Below, piece by piece: positions 50,078 through 62,390 of a stretch of 64,000 nt of DNA (position 1 is its first letter; each line of letters opens with the position of its first letter). The DNA is taken from the NCBI GenBank assembly GCA_010909165.1, contig MU008178.1:1-64000 (forward strand). Reading direction: 5' to 3'. Both the position numbers and the translations under genes were made by a program. The notes beneath the pieces were generated by a model that had not been told where the DNA came from, made no database searches, and was given only the letters and a program-made list of their open reading frames with translations. The stretch is from Anthoceros angustus (taxonomy: Eukaryota > Plantae > Anthocerotophyta).

Positions 50078-51815
50078 ATGCGTTTGGAAAGTGACAGCCC
50101 AGACGCAATGGTGGACATCAAAGAAGGTAAAAGTCAATTTTTATTTCTTTCTTTAACTTTACTTGATATTCACTTCCTTTTATCTGATATCAATGTTCCG
50201 CAGAGAGCGACTACAGGAGTGTCCACCAAGACAACATGGAAAGTGCACCACCAAACAAACAAATTCCCAACCATGGGGATCCAGGATATGGCACCAAGCC
50301 GGAGATGGAGCTTCCACTCCTAGAAATACGAAAAATCGTCGAGAAAGGTAAAAATAGCTTGTTTGATTTACCCTTTTGTATTAGGCTAATAATAATTATT
50401 TCTTGCAGTCGTTTCAGAACATGCTATGTTTTTATCCATGAACAAACAAGACTTGCAGCTCCTTCGCGTGATGCCAGATGAACTCTACAAAATTAAGAAG
50501 GTAAAATCTCATGACTGAAATATTAACATTTTAGTTCCATATAAAGATTTCTGATAAAGATTTTCAATCTTCATGAGATAAAAAAGAATTTTCGCACAAC
50601 AGTTCAGTTAGAGTTGGAGACTCTGACACTTGTCAACAGATTCAACGGGCATCAACTTTCTGTTGAATCCCTCTTGGAGGTATTTTTAAACCAATTCTTT
50701 AAGCATATTTCAATAAATAGGGAGAACTTATACAGGTCTGTAACAGATTGCTGCAGAACAGGCAGCTGCGGCAAAGGAAATCAAGGATAAAATAGATATC
50801 ATTGACAGTAAAGTCGACAATGTTAATTTCTATCAGGTGAGGCAAATACCGCTCTTAATTCACTTTAAGGTTTACATACTTGACCTAACTCAATTCTCAC
50901 TTTTTGTAGACTCAAAAAGGCAAGCGGAAAATTGATGAGCTTGATGCTCCGGCACCACAATATGGCCCTGACCAAGAATTTTCTCAATTTGGCAAATGGA
51001 TGGAAAAATACCAATATCCTGAAATATTCCAATATTTCAAAAAAAGGTATGTTCCTATTTGGGAACGTAATATTCAAGATCTGGAAGAGCCAATCCTCAA
51101 GGAAGACGGCTCAACTCTAACACTTCAGGAACATAGGGAGATTCAGATGAGTGAGTTATTTTAATCTTTCAAATGACCTCTTCCATGTTTTGCTACAGGT
51201 AAAATGCAATATATTTCCTGTTTAATCGTGTATTCTATGATATACAGAAATTGCACTTGTACTAGAAAACAAAGAGCTCAAAACAAAAGATTTGCTGGCT
51301 CTCATGGAGGATCCAGAGACAACAAAAAACATTAAAAAGGTAAATCATGACAATTTCACTTTCTTTAAACAAGATGTAATTTCTGATGTAAATCTATGTG
51401 CTATCCAGAACTTGCGATCACACTTCCGTAGTGTTGGAAATCTCCACAGCACCTGCTTAACATTGGTCAAAAAGGTATACACAAAGCAGGATCAACTGCG
51501 ACTTGAAATGGAGGTTAGTGACTAACACGTTTGCACCTTCGTTTATAGTTTTCGGAGAGCCAAAAGGAGTTATTCGCACTCTTTGAGGTTAGTGCATGAA
51601 ATGAAAGTGAATTTGAAATCATGTTAAATTCTAATTTAAGACATGTTTCGTTGCAGAAATACTCTCGTATGGATGAAATTCTGGAAATGATAATTTTTCT
51701 TTCTGAGCCATATAACTATCAAAGAAAAAATTATAATTCTGAAGAGGAAGCTGCACCAAATAACACTCCGAAATCACCTGTTTACACGCCATCCACGCCC
51801 GTGGAAGATAATTAG
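50078..51815 (+). CDS. Intact ~10-exon gene of unknown function (about 360 aa, helical/coiled-coil), divergent from the YR; start codon uncertain
   Basis: GT-AG exons join in frame: MRLESDSPDAMVDIKE|ESDYRSVHQD...LLEIRKIVEK|VVSEHAMF...YKIKK|IKKNFRTT...SLLE|IAAEQAAAAKEIKDKID...|TQKGKRKID...GKWMEKYQYPEIFQYFKKRYVPIWE...|...|NLRSHF...|FSESQKELFALFE|KYSRMDE...PVEDN*. Confidence 0.75.
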
Positions 51816-52149
51816 AATGTTGCAGTAAATAGTTAAAAGTATCCAGTGAACTGTGAAAAACTGTTACAGACGTTAAAACCAAGCACTATAGAAATGTAAA
51901 GGTGCTTTCATCGTAGTAAGAGAAAAAAGAATTATAAGCAGGGTACTCCAAGCAACAACTCTAAGATTTGAGCGGACCTCGCCGCCTCGATGTGCGGTCC
52001 AGTGGGCGTCTGGGCCCCGACTCGGCCGCTCCCTTACGCCCGAGAGCGGATGCTCGTTGGGCGCCTGACCTCGACGGTCTCGGCCTCGGCGCCGTTCGCC
52101 CGTCGGCAGCCCCTCGTCGTTCCTAACTGGTGTTACCTCGCACCGGCTC

Positions 52150-53950
52150 CATGCCCTCTGGTTGTCGATCATTTCTTTGGAATAAGCCCTTTGCGTCTTT
52201 GCTCAAGAAAAGGCCACTTTTCAAAGCAGTGTCAACTACTGGCATAAAGCTCCCAAACTTGGAGACATCTCCAATCTACCTACTGTGCACACGGTTGCTT
52301 GCTCAAGAACGGGAATACCAATCTCACCTTGGCTACTTGTCCCCAAGCCACTGTCATGAGGGAGGAAATTCTCCCACATGGAAGTGTCCTCTTGATCTTG
52401 GCGAGGTGTTGGAACTCGGTTTGAGCAACAGCTGCAACCTCGGAATACCTAACAACCAGCTTTTGAGTGGGGACTACCTTGTCCATGAGCAGCATAACCT
52501 TTGGTGTTTGCACATGAAACCTCGTCCCTTGCTTACATGTACAATAACCCCAAGGGGTTCCGGCACCACTCAATATATCTCGTGCTTTCCATTGTCTATT
52601 GACATAAGCAATATTTGGAAGTCAGGTTGGTAAGACCACATGGGTCTAATATGGGTTGCTTTTGGATAGCTGCACAATGTCCTCTTGCTTGGAATTTGAG
52701 CATGCCTACTGCATACCAAAAGTGCCAGTAACCTCTTGAACAAAATATGCAGCAGCCAATCAATCGCTGATTATGAAGGGTTTTCTTGGAGAGCAAACAT
52801 CTGTACTTCATATATTTGTGATATGCTTCTATGGACGAGTTGCAGTCTTGTCCGGCATGTGGAATTGTCTGCAACTTTAATCCATTTATGTTAGAACCCC
52901 TTTGGTCTTTAAAATACTTCACAAAGCGCTAGCGGACTCGGAAGGTAGCATAAAAGCAGTTCAAGTCTTTGGCGCATGCTTGGTTTACCTCTACCCGACA
53001 TCAATGTCCATATGCATGATGTCACCCAGGATTTCATAATTGCATGCCTGGTGTCGGGTGCCTTCACCTTTTTTAGCAATTGCAGCCAAGCCCTCCGAAC
53101 ATGCCATAGACACAAGAAAACCAGTACGTTACTTCCAAACACAGCCTTGATGCCATTAATTTCCGCCATACAATCGTCTACCGAGCGGTCGGTTGCCAAT
53201 CGCCTATGTAGCATCCTTGCTCGTAAGCATTCCAATAACTGTGAAATATTGGCGTAGCCTTGCTGGTAATCAGCCGAGGATACCGTTAAAATGATCGTCA
53301 AAAACCAACGGTGAATAGTGGAACTTCCACTTATTGGTGCCAAATGTGGCATCCATAGATATCACTGACTTGTGACTCCAACGCAACATGGACTGTGAAA
53401 ATCTGTTTGGATGCCTAACATAAAATCCTTGGCATGCTGTTCTTCTCCCGGCAAAGGAAAAAACACCTCCTCCCTATGGACATCCATCCACAACTTGACA
53501 CTCACCTCATCGTTTACATGGAATCGCCACACCCAGGTCCAACTTTCTTTTCTCCTTATGTCTCTAGGCAAGCAAAAATCATCCGCTCAGGGCGCTTGCA
53601 CATCACGATGCTTCCTTAAAAACACCTAGACTCATGGTCAATTAGGATCAGCGATCGTCTTCGTAGCAACTTATACTTCACCCACTCCTTCTTAGGCGTG
53701 TGGGCGTAAGGAGCAAGGTAATTTGAAGGCTGAATCACTCGCTAGCAAACCATGACAATACTCTCCCGTTGAATCAATGTGCTCCTTTGATGTAGTCTCG
53801 ATTCGGCAACCTCGGGAAACATCTCCGGTATGTTACAAACAACAAAAGCACCGCGTTTCTTGCTTTCTCCAGCAATCTTGGGCGCTGCTCCCTTTGCCTA
53901 ACCCTTGCTTAGTGATGTCACGCTACTGAGAATCCGAGGAGTTTGCTTTC
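52150..53950 (-). pseudogene. Mutator (MULE) transposase with SWIM finger, frameshifted
   Basis: FMLGIQT, SMDATFGTNKWKF..LVFDDH, DDCMAEINGIKAVF...FLCLWHVRRAW, HAGQDCNSSIEAYH and the SWIM-like YCTCKQG. Confidence 0.85.
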
Positions 53951-54294
53951 GGTAGCCATAAGCACGAGCAAACTTGATGTAGTCTTAGAGTGGTAGATGA
54001 AATTCCTCTTTGCCTCACACGGATCTGGTCCAAACATTGGCCCTTATCAATTTGGTGGGGAAGAGCGTCGACTTCTCTTTTATGAAATCTGGGTACCTTG
54101 TGGGGGAATGTAGCAACGTTTCACAGTCACGTCTGCGGACAAGATGCTCACCATCACCGCCAATTCAATGTCTCCTTCTGAAAGGACGGGACCCAGTTAC
54201 GCACTTCAAAAGGGCAAGGTTGAGGCGGGATGGGGGCACCAGCCTTCTCGGGTTGATTCATCCATAAAATCTATGGGATTGTCTTCTCTATTTC

Positions 54295-54578
54295 TGTCAC
54301 GTGACTTGGGCACAGCCTCGTCTTGTGGATAGGGCACTTCAGTTGCACTTCTTCAAACTAAAGGCAGGTTCGAGAATCGTGAACATATGGGTACAATATA
54401 GAGTACATATGATATAGCTATATCGTTATATTAGGGTTAGTGAAGCGGCGATGGGCGCGGAAATCGTCGCCCGAGCAGGAGAGTGGATGAGGAAGCGATG
54501 GCATGACCGCTGCGATGTGTATCACCATGGTGAGTTGGCGGTTTCCATGCTTGCATTAAACACGGTGACCATTAGCGC
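54295..54578 (-). repeat. Right arm of the inverted repeat
   Basis: Reverse complement of 36473-36790 with indels. Confidence 0.85.
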
Positions 54579-55789
54579 TGGGGTGAGAACATGGTGACCT
54601 TGAATAGCGGGGAAATGTTTCACACATGTCAAAAAGTCGAGAAGCGATCATTGCTAAGCGGACGGAGGCGGCGGGGAATGTCTGGCGCAGCTGCTTTATT
54701 TCATCTTCTGCGGGCAATTTGACGATCGGATTGCGAGGCGTTGCTTGCATTTTGACCTCGTTGTTTTCAAAGGTGGAAGCGAAGACCCAGTCTTGCTTTC
54801 GACATGCGGATGAGGAAGCTTGCGCTTATTATCAACTCCACCCCTCAAGTCTAGTTCTTGCAAGCCTCAAGTCAGCTTGCTGGGCAGGAAAGCGAATAAT
54901 GGTTTGTGCTTAGTGCAACTCGTCTTGGCTTTCCACTGGATCCCAATGACGTTATTGCCCAGCTGCTAGCATGCAAGTATGGAAAGAAGTAACCTTGAAA
55001 GAATTGTAGTTACATATACTCTAAGAGGGAAGCTTAAGATTTTGCATCGCTAAGTCCCTTGGAATCCTTGGAAAGTTCAAATCAAGAATGAGTACATAGC
55101 GGCTAGCTCTCACATGCAAATAGGTTCTCAGGCATCCATAGCGTTGTAAGCAAGACTTGCCATGCACTTCACGTAGTGCTTTCCACAATGGGCGCTACGT
55201 ATGCGTGTGCGGTAGTTTTAGGGAAAAAACTGGCGAGGCAATGATGGATCATGATAATAGATGTTGCAGTGCTTTGGAAAACCTGATGTCAGCTCTCTAT
55301 CGTCTGCATCCCAACGTTTTTGTTTGTTCCAAACCTAGCTTATGATTTGGAACGAACAACATCATTACAGCTCTTTTATGATGTCGTCTTAGGGACCCTT
55401 TTTTTAGCGTCTCCCCATCGATTGCAAGGCGATGTCGCTTAGCCCTAGGCTTCTCTTGGGCGCCTTCATGAGAACTCCGAGATAAAGTGGCGAGACTTAG
55501 TTCCTTTTTCATCCCGGTGGTATCTCGTCGCTCTGGGGTGGGAATTAGTCACGGAGATTGCCTCCGGCTCCACCGTTCCGGTAGGGGCCTGAGGCTCTTC
55601 GGGGAAGAGGGGGCTATCTTTTGCTCGATTGAGGTTGGAGACGGCTAAGCCTCATCAGGTTTGTCAAGACCCCGTGAAGGCGCGTCTCAAAAGATGCCTC
55701 CTACTTGATGTGAAGTATCTTTTATGTTGCCAGACCCTTGATCCGGGCAGGTGGATTGACATCAGGGACTCTACAATTCTTGCTCTTGG

Positions 55790-56330
55790 ACCCTTCACCC
55801 GGCTCCACATGTCCCCATCCCACAAAATATCTTGGAGTTTGTGGCTGAGGAGCCCTTCTATTTGCTTTTATCTGGACAGATTTTTGGTGTGATTAACTAC
55901 TGCATGACTCTCTTAGGGGTCTTTACAGGGTATCTGCCGTCATCTAGTGACTACTTTCTTCTTGAGGATCCTTCTAGTGGTTTTTTGGAGCTCTTTATCC
56001 TGGCAGTGGCAGTGGCGTGGAGACCCCATCAGTTTCATGGTGTTGGGGCTGACAAGCTTTTGGTTATGGAGAACCCACAGGAGTGCCTTCCTCCAGTGGG
56101 AGGCGTTCCTACATTTTCATTAGGCTGCAGCATTGTCTGCGGCTCGAGCCGATCGGGGCTCATCTTAGCCCCCCATCAATTTTGGCATTGCCACAGGAAG
56201 GGGCTACGAGGCAGTGAGTTTTGGAGTAGGCGGTTCTCGGCTACATCGGATTGGGTTCCCCTTGGTCGATGTTGAGCAGCTTTCAACATCCAAGCGCCCA
56301 TCTTCTAAGAGCTTAAAGGCAGGCGGACAA
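55790..56330 (+). mobile_element. Degenerate CRE-like RT fragment (copy 2)
   Basis: FLLEDPSSGFLELF...APHQF...AAFN, colinear with 28550-29080. Confidence 0.7.
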
Positions 56331-57301
56331 GCGGCCAAGTATTATTAACATGATAATTTTGAAGGGAATAGTAACCTTGATTAGAGAACGACACCTCCTT
56401 GTCACGATGTACACCTTCACCACTGTGACATATCACCCTACTTTGATAATCGCACACCCTTTACGAGCCCTTGCTGATAAAGATGCACTTTCAAGTCTAC
56501 ACTCGAGGCCCAGAACCTTTATAGGGTGTGGGCCCATCATATTTTTGTAGAATGCATAGAGGCTGCCATTTTCATATGTTTATTACAGAAAACTTTTACT
56601 TTCAAGTGGTGGAACACAATGAAAACAATCACATACTAGCGGAGTCTCATTTCGGTGGTGAGAACATTGCAACAAACAAGCTGCTAAAGTGGTCATCGGG
56701 CCGACAATAGTCATTCAAAGTCTTGAGGCGACTCGTTTATGCCTTGATCTTGAGTCAAGGACCACCACCAAATTCGAGGCGGTCCATATCCTCGTCAAAG
56801 TTGTCATTCTCCTCCAATGCTTGCTCAGTATTCATTGAAGTATAATTCTTGAATTTGAGCTTGTGGCACTCAACCACTTAGGCTTTAAGGCAATGCTAGC
56901 GTCCTTAAAATGAATAAAGTTGGTTGCCCATGAGCCCATGCAAGCGTCCTTAAAATCAACAAACTTCAGTTATTAAAAAGATATAGGTTTCGAACACGGA
57001 GCCTAGTCATTTCTACACCTTTTTCCCAAGCACTTAACCAACAGTCCCAACTTGCAAGAGTCTTGAGCCGCTAAATATTTATTTTCTTAAAGGCGACCTA
57101 TGAACCCATGGGGGCCGGCGTGTTGGCGGCCGTGGCGCGTGTAGGGGCGCCCGGCGGGCCATGGGCCGAAGTGTGAGGGAGGCGGTGGCGGCGCCATGGG
57201 CGGGCGGGCGTGTTGGGGAGGGCGGCCGGCCCATGGGCGGCGTGCTGGGGAGGGCCGGCGGCCGGCGGCGAGGCATGTTGGGGAGGGCGTCGTGGCCGGC
57301 G

Positions 57302-57393
57302 CCTCCTAGCTCACCGCATGCGAGGTGGTGCTAAGGAGGCGCCGTTCGCGCGCCTCCTTAGCACCATCCTACGGTGCATCTTGAGCTAGGGGG
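57302..57393. other. Strong ~90-bp stem-loop next to a GC-rich low-complexity tract (57100-57300)
   Basis: Perfect GGTGCTAAGGAGGCGC/GCGCCTCCTTAGCACC arms, plus outer CCTCCTAGCTCA/TGAGCTAGGGGG arms. Confidence 0.85.
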
Positions 57394-58199
57394 ACGAAGG
57401 GCAGCGGCGGTATCTATCATCGGGAAGGTGTGGCCCATTTGCGGGAAGGGTTAAAGATTTGCGTCCATAGGTGGCTGAAGAGTACAAGTGGTGGGAAGCC
57501 TTTTGGGTGGACGGAAGAGATTGCTATCATTATGGAGAATAACATTGGGCTAATGCTCTGACGTCCTTGGAAGTGGTTTTCACATGCGATGGATCATACG
57601 GCTGACCACTTCGATCGGATGAGCTTTCTTTGGATGAGGCATTATTGAGGACCTCCCAGTGATATGTGCCAGGGCATATCAAAAATGGGAAACAGCGATT
57701 GGGAATGGTGCGGATGAATAGGGACATAATGGAAATGCAGAAGGGGATGTTACGGCGGTGTTGTGCACTATGGATCCATAGGATAGGCGCCGCAGGCCAT
57801 TCTAGATTGGGAGAGTCATTGGCCGGTAGATGCACGACCTCACTTTCTTATCCATTGGTATCGGAATGAGCACACGGATGCGTCGAAGGGGTATGTGTAG
57901 GAATACATGGTGTCAGTGCCAACCTGTCGATGTATGGAAAAAAGGGAATAGTTCCATTACCCAAAAACATCGAGGCGTTTGTGAATGGCTTGACCATCTG
58001 TATTATGGGTTGTGTTGAGCATGCGGAAATATGTGTATCGGTGGACAAAAAAGCGATAAAGGGATAAGCTTTGCAAGATTACTGGCTTCATACAACCTCG
58101 AGTCAAAGTGCACATGGCGCGACTTTTCTTGTGACGGTAGAAATGGCACAATCCGGTCGTTGTAGGAAGGGTTCGTTCCCAAGGAATATGAACTCGTTT

Positions 58200-61100
58200 C
58201 GTTCGGCGATTCGTCTCACTTTAATGGTTCGGTCCCAATGCACACACTCCTTAGTTCCGTCTAACTACTCGCGACAAACACCAGGCCCTATGGCCAAGCG
58301 TTTAAGGACCCGTTCGCGTCCAGATTCGTTCACGTTAAATCTCTCACACCTCGTCAGTTCCTCTCTCCTCACTACACTTATCGGTCTTAAGGAAGGAAGG
58401 CGGGTTACCTGATCAGGACCTCCTCGCGTTCTCACAGGGCCTCTCGTCAAGACTCTGCCGCCCTCCAGTCCCTCAGGCTCCACGTTCCGGTCCGTTTGGC
58501 GCGGCGGCTGGGCACGGGTCCCAGTCTTCCACACCACAACACGTTAGGTCGTCACGGGACCACTGATCAATCCCTCCGGGTTGCATTCGCTCGTTGACTC
58601 GGGACTCACGTTAGCAAGAAGACACACAAGTGCAGAGCAGCATCAACACCAAGAGAAAGATGATTTATTGAGTGACCCTCTTATACTACGCCGGTCGGCG
58701 TCTTTATTACACCCCTATTCGGTGATGGCCATTTCGGTGCCTAATCGACGCCTACCATCCTATTCCCTCCCCTATCTCCTTGGCGTGGTGGGGAGGAAGG
58801 TCGAGTTCCTTGGGATTGGTGGTCCAATCTCCGTCACAGATTGCGGGCGCACCCAATCGGATGATCCGGCGGGACCCTCCTCTCCCGGAATCACAGCCGG
58901 GTTGGGCTCGTGGCGGTCGGCGGCCGTTACCAACGTCATCCTCCCCAGCCTCCCCATGGGTCCCCTCGGTGGGGCCACCGTATCCTCTCCCGGCGTAAGT
59001 CGAAGGGGCTCCTCCTTCTTGCCGAGTCGGACCTCGAGGTCGGTCTCGACTCGAACTGAACTCGAGTCGGCTTATTTCTGGTCTGGGTCCCCTCGTCTCG
59101 GGGTTCGGACCTCGTCAGAACTTCTGGTCCGGTCCCAAGCTCGGACCCCTTTCACATGGACCTCGTCTTGCTAGGTCCTCCTCCTTACCCCGACCCTTGT
59201 CTTGGTTGGGTTGGCTCCCTCCTGCACCCCTTCGGGCCCTCACCCCCTTCTCGGGCGGGTGGTGGTGAACTTACCTTAGGGTCCGTTGCGTCCCGCTCCT
59301 CTTGGGGCTCCTCTCCTTGCCGTCGTCTCCAAGCAGGGGCCCCTAGGGTCCTGTCTTTGTCCCCTTCTTCCCCTCAGGCCTTCCAGGGGTCGTCTGCGGG
59401 GAGGCCTCTCCCGGGAGCTCGGTGTGTAATAGGCAAAGTCCGAATCCACTTGCTGGATTGCCTCTTCCACGTCTTGCGGGCACCGATACTCCCTTCGCCA
59501 TAGGTGCTCGGTGAGCTGTTGCACCTTGTTGCTCCACCTCCCACTTGGGTTTGATAGGCGGGCGCTTGCTTCATGAGGTGCCAGTGCCTCGGTCACCTCC
59601 GCGTGTCATTGTTGCTCCACTTGCTCCAACTCCCTCCTTGGTTCGACTTGCCGCCATAGCGCGTTCCTTCCTTCCTCGGTGGACCGGCTGCCTTCCGGCG
59701 CCCTCGCCTCTTTGTCCATTAAACTTGCCATCTCCGCTCAGACGGTCGGGCCTTGCGGCTGCGGGCTTCCGAGCCCTTCTCCATCTCGGCGGCGTGCTCC
59801 TGTTCCATCGCCGTCTTGACTCCGTCAGCAGGCCGGGCGCTCTATTTCGGTCGCGTTCGCGACCATGTCCTGAGACTACCATTCCTCTCAATGATAGTTT
59901 GGGCTGCGGCTCAAAGTCTCCTTGCGGTCCTCCATCTCCACCTTGCTGCTCCACCTCCGGTGAGTCAGGAGATCCTCCATCTGTCATGAACTTCTTGGCC
60001 AGTGCTTGCTGCCACCTCCTGCTCCATCTTGAGGCGGTGGGCGCTCTATCTCGCTCGAAGTCTGGATTCTCTCATTGAGAACTCCTTGCTGCTCAAGCGT
60101 CTTGGGTTGTAACTCCAAGGTGTCCTTGTCCTCCAACTCTGCCGCCTCCCTTCTCCTGCAGTGCCAGGGTCCCGATTTCCGGGTCTTGGCCTCCGGTGTT
60201 TACGGCTCGTCGTGCTTGCTCCATGCCACACTTTCGGCCTTGATTGGCGTGGCTCTCTCGGCCGCCTCCCTCCACGGTTCCGATCATAGTGATCGCGATC
60301 GGCCGTGCGTCGCCTCCTTGGCCACCTTCACTGAGCCTCTCGACAGCTCTGGTCGGTCAGGCTGCCTCGCGGTCCTTCGCGGGCGCCCTCGCTTCTGTGC
60401 GCTCGCCCTCTGCACTGCGAGGTCCTCCCCTTGGGCCTCCTTAGCTTGCCAGGCTCCTCGGTGAAGGAATTTGGTCCGGTCCTTGCGGATGGACGGACCT
60501 CCCTCTCGGCCTCGGCGTTTCCCTCCTCAATCGGCCGAGCTTGGCCTTCCTTCCTCTGGGCCCCTCAAGCCTCTGGAGGAGTACCATGCGCCTCGGGTGG
60601 CTTCTACCTCACAGGTCTTCTCGGCCATCCGAGACCCCAAAGCATCTGTCCCATGTGGCAGGACCGCCGTGTTTCTTCCACGGCGCGCTGGTGAGGCTCC
60701 CACAAAGTCCGTGGCGGGGAGGCATTTCACGATCGAGGACCTCCATACCCATGTCGGGGTAAGTGGGTTCTCGGACCTAATCGGGACCCTTAGGTCTGAG
60801 TCTTTGCTCGGAGCTTCACCTCCTTGGCCCTTTTGGCGAGCTCCTTCTCAGCCCTTTTCTCACAGGGCTCGGAGGAGGTGAGAATCAGGAGCAAGCCTTT
60901 TGCCCCTTCACATCGGCAGCGGGGCCGGCTCGAGTCGGCTGCAGTGTCCTCCTGCTCACAGGCGTCCTTTTGCCCTCCTCACTTCCTCGCCACTCAGGTG
61001 GGCGGTAGAAGTCTTGGCAAGGTGCAGCGTTGGTGGCGTGGTCTTGCGTCTCTTGGCTCCCTCACAGTCGTGAGGCTCCTCGGTAGGGGTTGTGGCGGTG

Positions 61101-62390
61101 GCTGCTGGGGTCGGGCGCTTCTGTGGGTGCTCGGTTGGGGCACGGAGGAGGAGGCGGGAATTTCTTCCATACTTCCACAGGTGGTGAGGGGTCCGTTCAG
61201 CGTATGGAGTCAGGAATCCTCGATCGTCCTCCTCCGGGTCCGTTTGGCCTTGACGATCGGCCTCCTCCTCCGGCGCCCTTGCCGCTCCACTTCCGGCGGG
61301 GCCTCAGGTCCTTTCGGGCGCTCAAGCTCTCCTTCCTTGAGGAGCTCGAAATGCCCCATACATGGATCGGTATGGGGCCCCAGATGGCGAGGCTTCTCGG
61401 TCACGAGCTTGCGGGCCTCTGGCTAAGCCCGGCGATAATCCTTCCCGGTCCCCTCTTCCCGGCTGCGGCGCATGCGGGGAATACCAGCAGTTATCACCAA
61501 GGTGATCCACCTTGGTGGCGAGTTCGATGGACAATGATCGGGCTACCGCCCTTACTCAGGTCGGATGTCGATAAGTTGGTGGTCGCGTCGAGCCTCGGCC
61601 CCTGTGGCGGCCTATCTTCCCGCCTTGAGGGGCTACCCTCCCCTTCTTCCTCCTTTGGGCGGTTGTAGGCGCCCTCGGGACCTCAAGGTCCATCGCCTTG
61701 GGTCCTCCGGAGGTTCTTGGACCGCACCTCCTTATTGACCGCCACATTTTCGGGCGAACTCCGGACGGTGACCTATCGAGCGTCGGACCATCGGAACACA
61801 TCCAAATGCCACTCCACCAATTCTCACCTTCCTGGGCCGGGGCCCAAAGTCCGGATAGTCACAATGTTTGCGCTCCACAGGTTCCATGGCTCCCAAACTT
61901 CCAGAGCTTTTGGGTGCCATCGCCTTCTCCTCCCTTGGTTCTTTGTGGGGCCGACGTTGCGCCTTCTTGCGCGTTGTTGCTCCAACCTCAGCGGTGAGCC
62001 GAGCGTCTGGCGTCACGAGATACCGAGCGGGGCGGGCGCGAGATCGCGGTGTCTCGGCTGCCTTGGCCGGCCTTGAAGTAGAGGCGCCTCTTCCACTGTA
62101 GCGCATGCGCAGTGCGGCTTGGCCTGCCTCCCTGCGGCCTTCGCGCGTACTCGGCCTTCGCGCCCGCGCGTCCGGGCGTGAATACTATATAACTCACCGA
62201 TTCGGTCTGGCGGTGCATGCCGTTCTCCACTCGGGGTCGCCCTGGCGTGGCGTCCGTCCTCAGCTCAACTCCTAAGTTACTTTCCTGGCGTACTTATCAC
62301 CTTTGGTCACAGGTGGGTCCGGACTTATCCGTTACCACAGGCGCGCCAGTAGGTCGGGTCGTTCCTCACTCCGGGTCGGAGTACTCCAGT
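58200..62390. mobile_element. GC-rich decayed element, possibly Tat-like Gypsy accessory-ORF region with an LTR-end/PBS-like junction
   Basis: Broken charged/coiled-coil coding-like frames on the minus strand (58.8-62.0 kb). ...ACCACA|GGCGCGCCAGTAGG at 62333-62352 resembles Tat-type PBS sequence. No RT or integrase seen. Confidence 0.3.

Larger units (their letters stand above)
37833..51990. mobile_element. Putative Crypton-like tyrosine-recombinase element (about 14 kb, about 10 kb without the nested insertion)
   Basis: Contains the YR gene and a divergent partner gene. Bounded by GCGGCCTCGTGGGCCTCGAGG (37833) and GCGGACCTCGCCGCCTCGA (51972). The left boundary is shared with the second copy at 211. 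Confidence 0.6.
36473..54578 (-). mobile_element. Putative long-TIR Mutator-like element (about 4 kb without the nested YR unit)
   Basis: Diverged inverted repeats at 36473-36790 and 54295-54578, with a MULE transposase remnant inside the right repeat. No TSD found. Confidence 0.65.
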
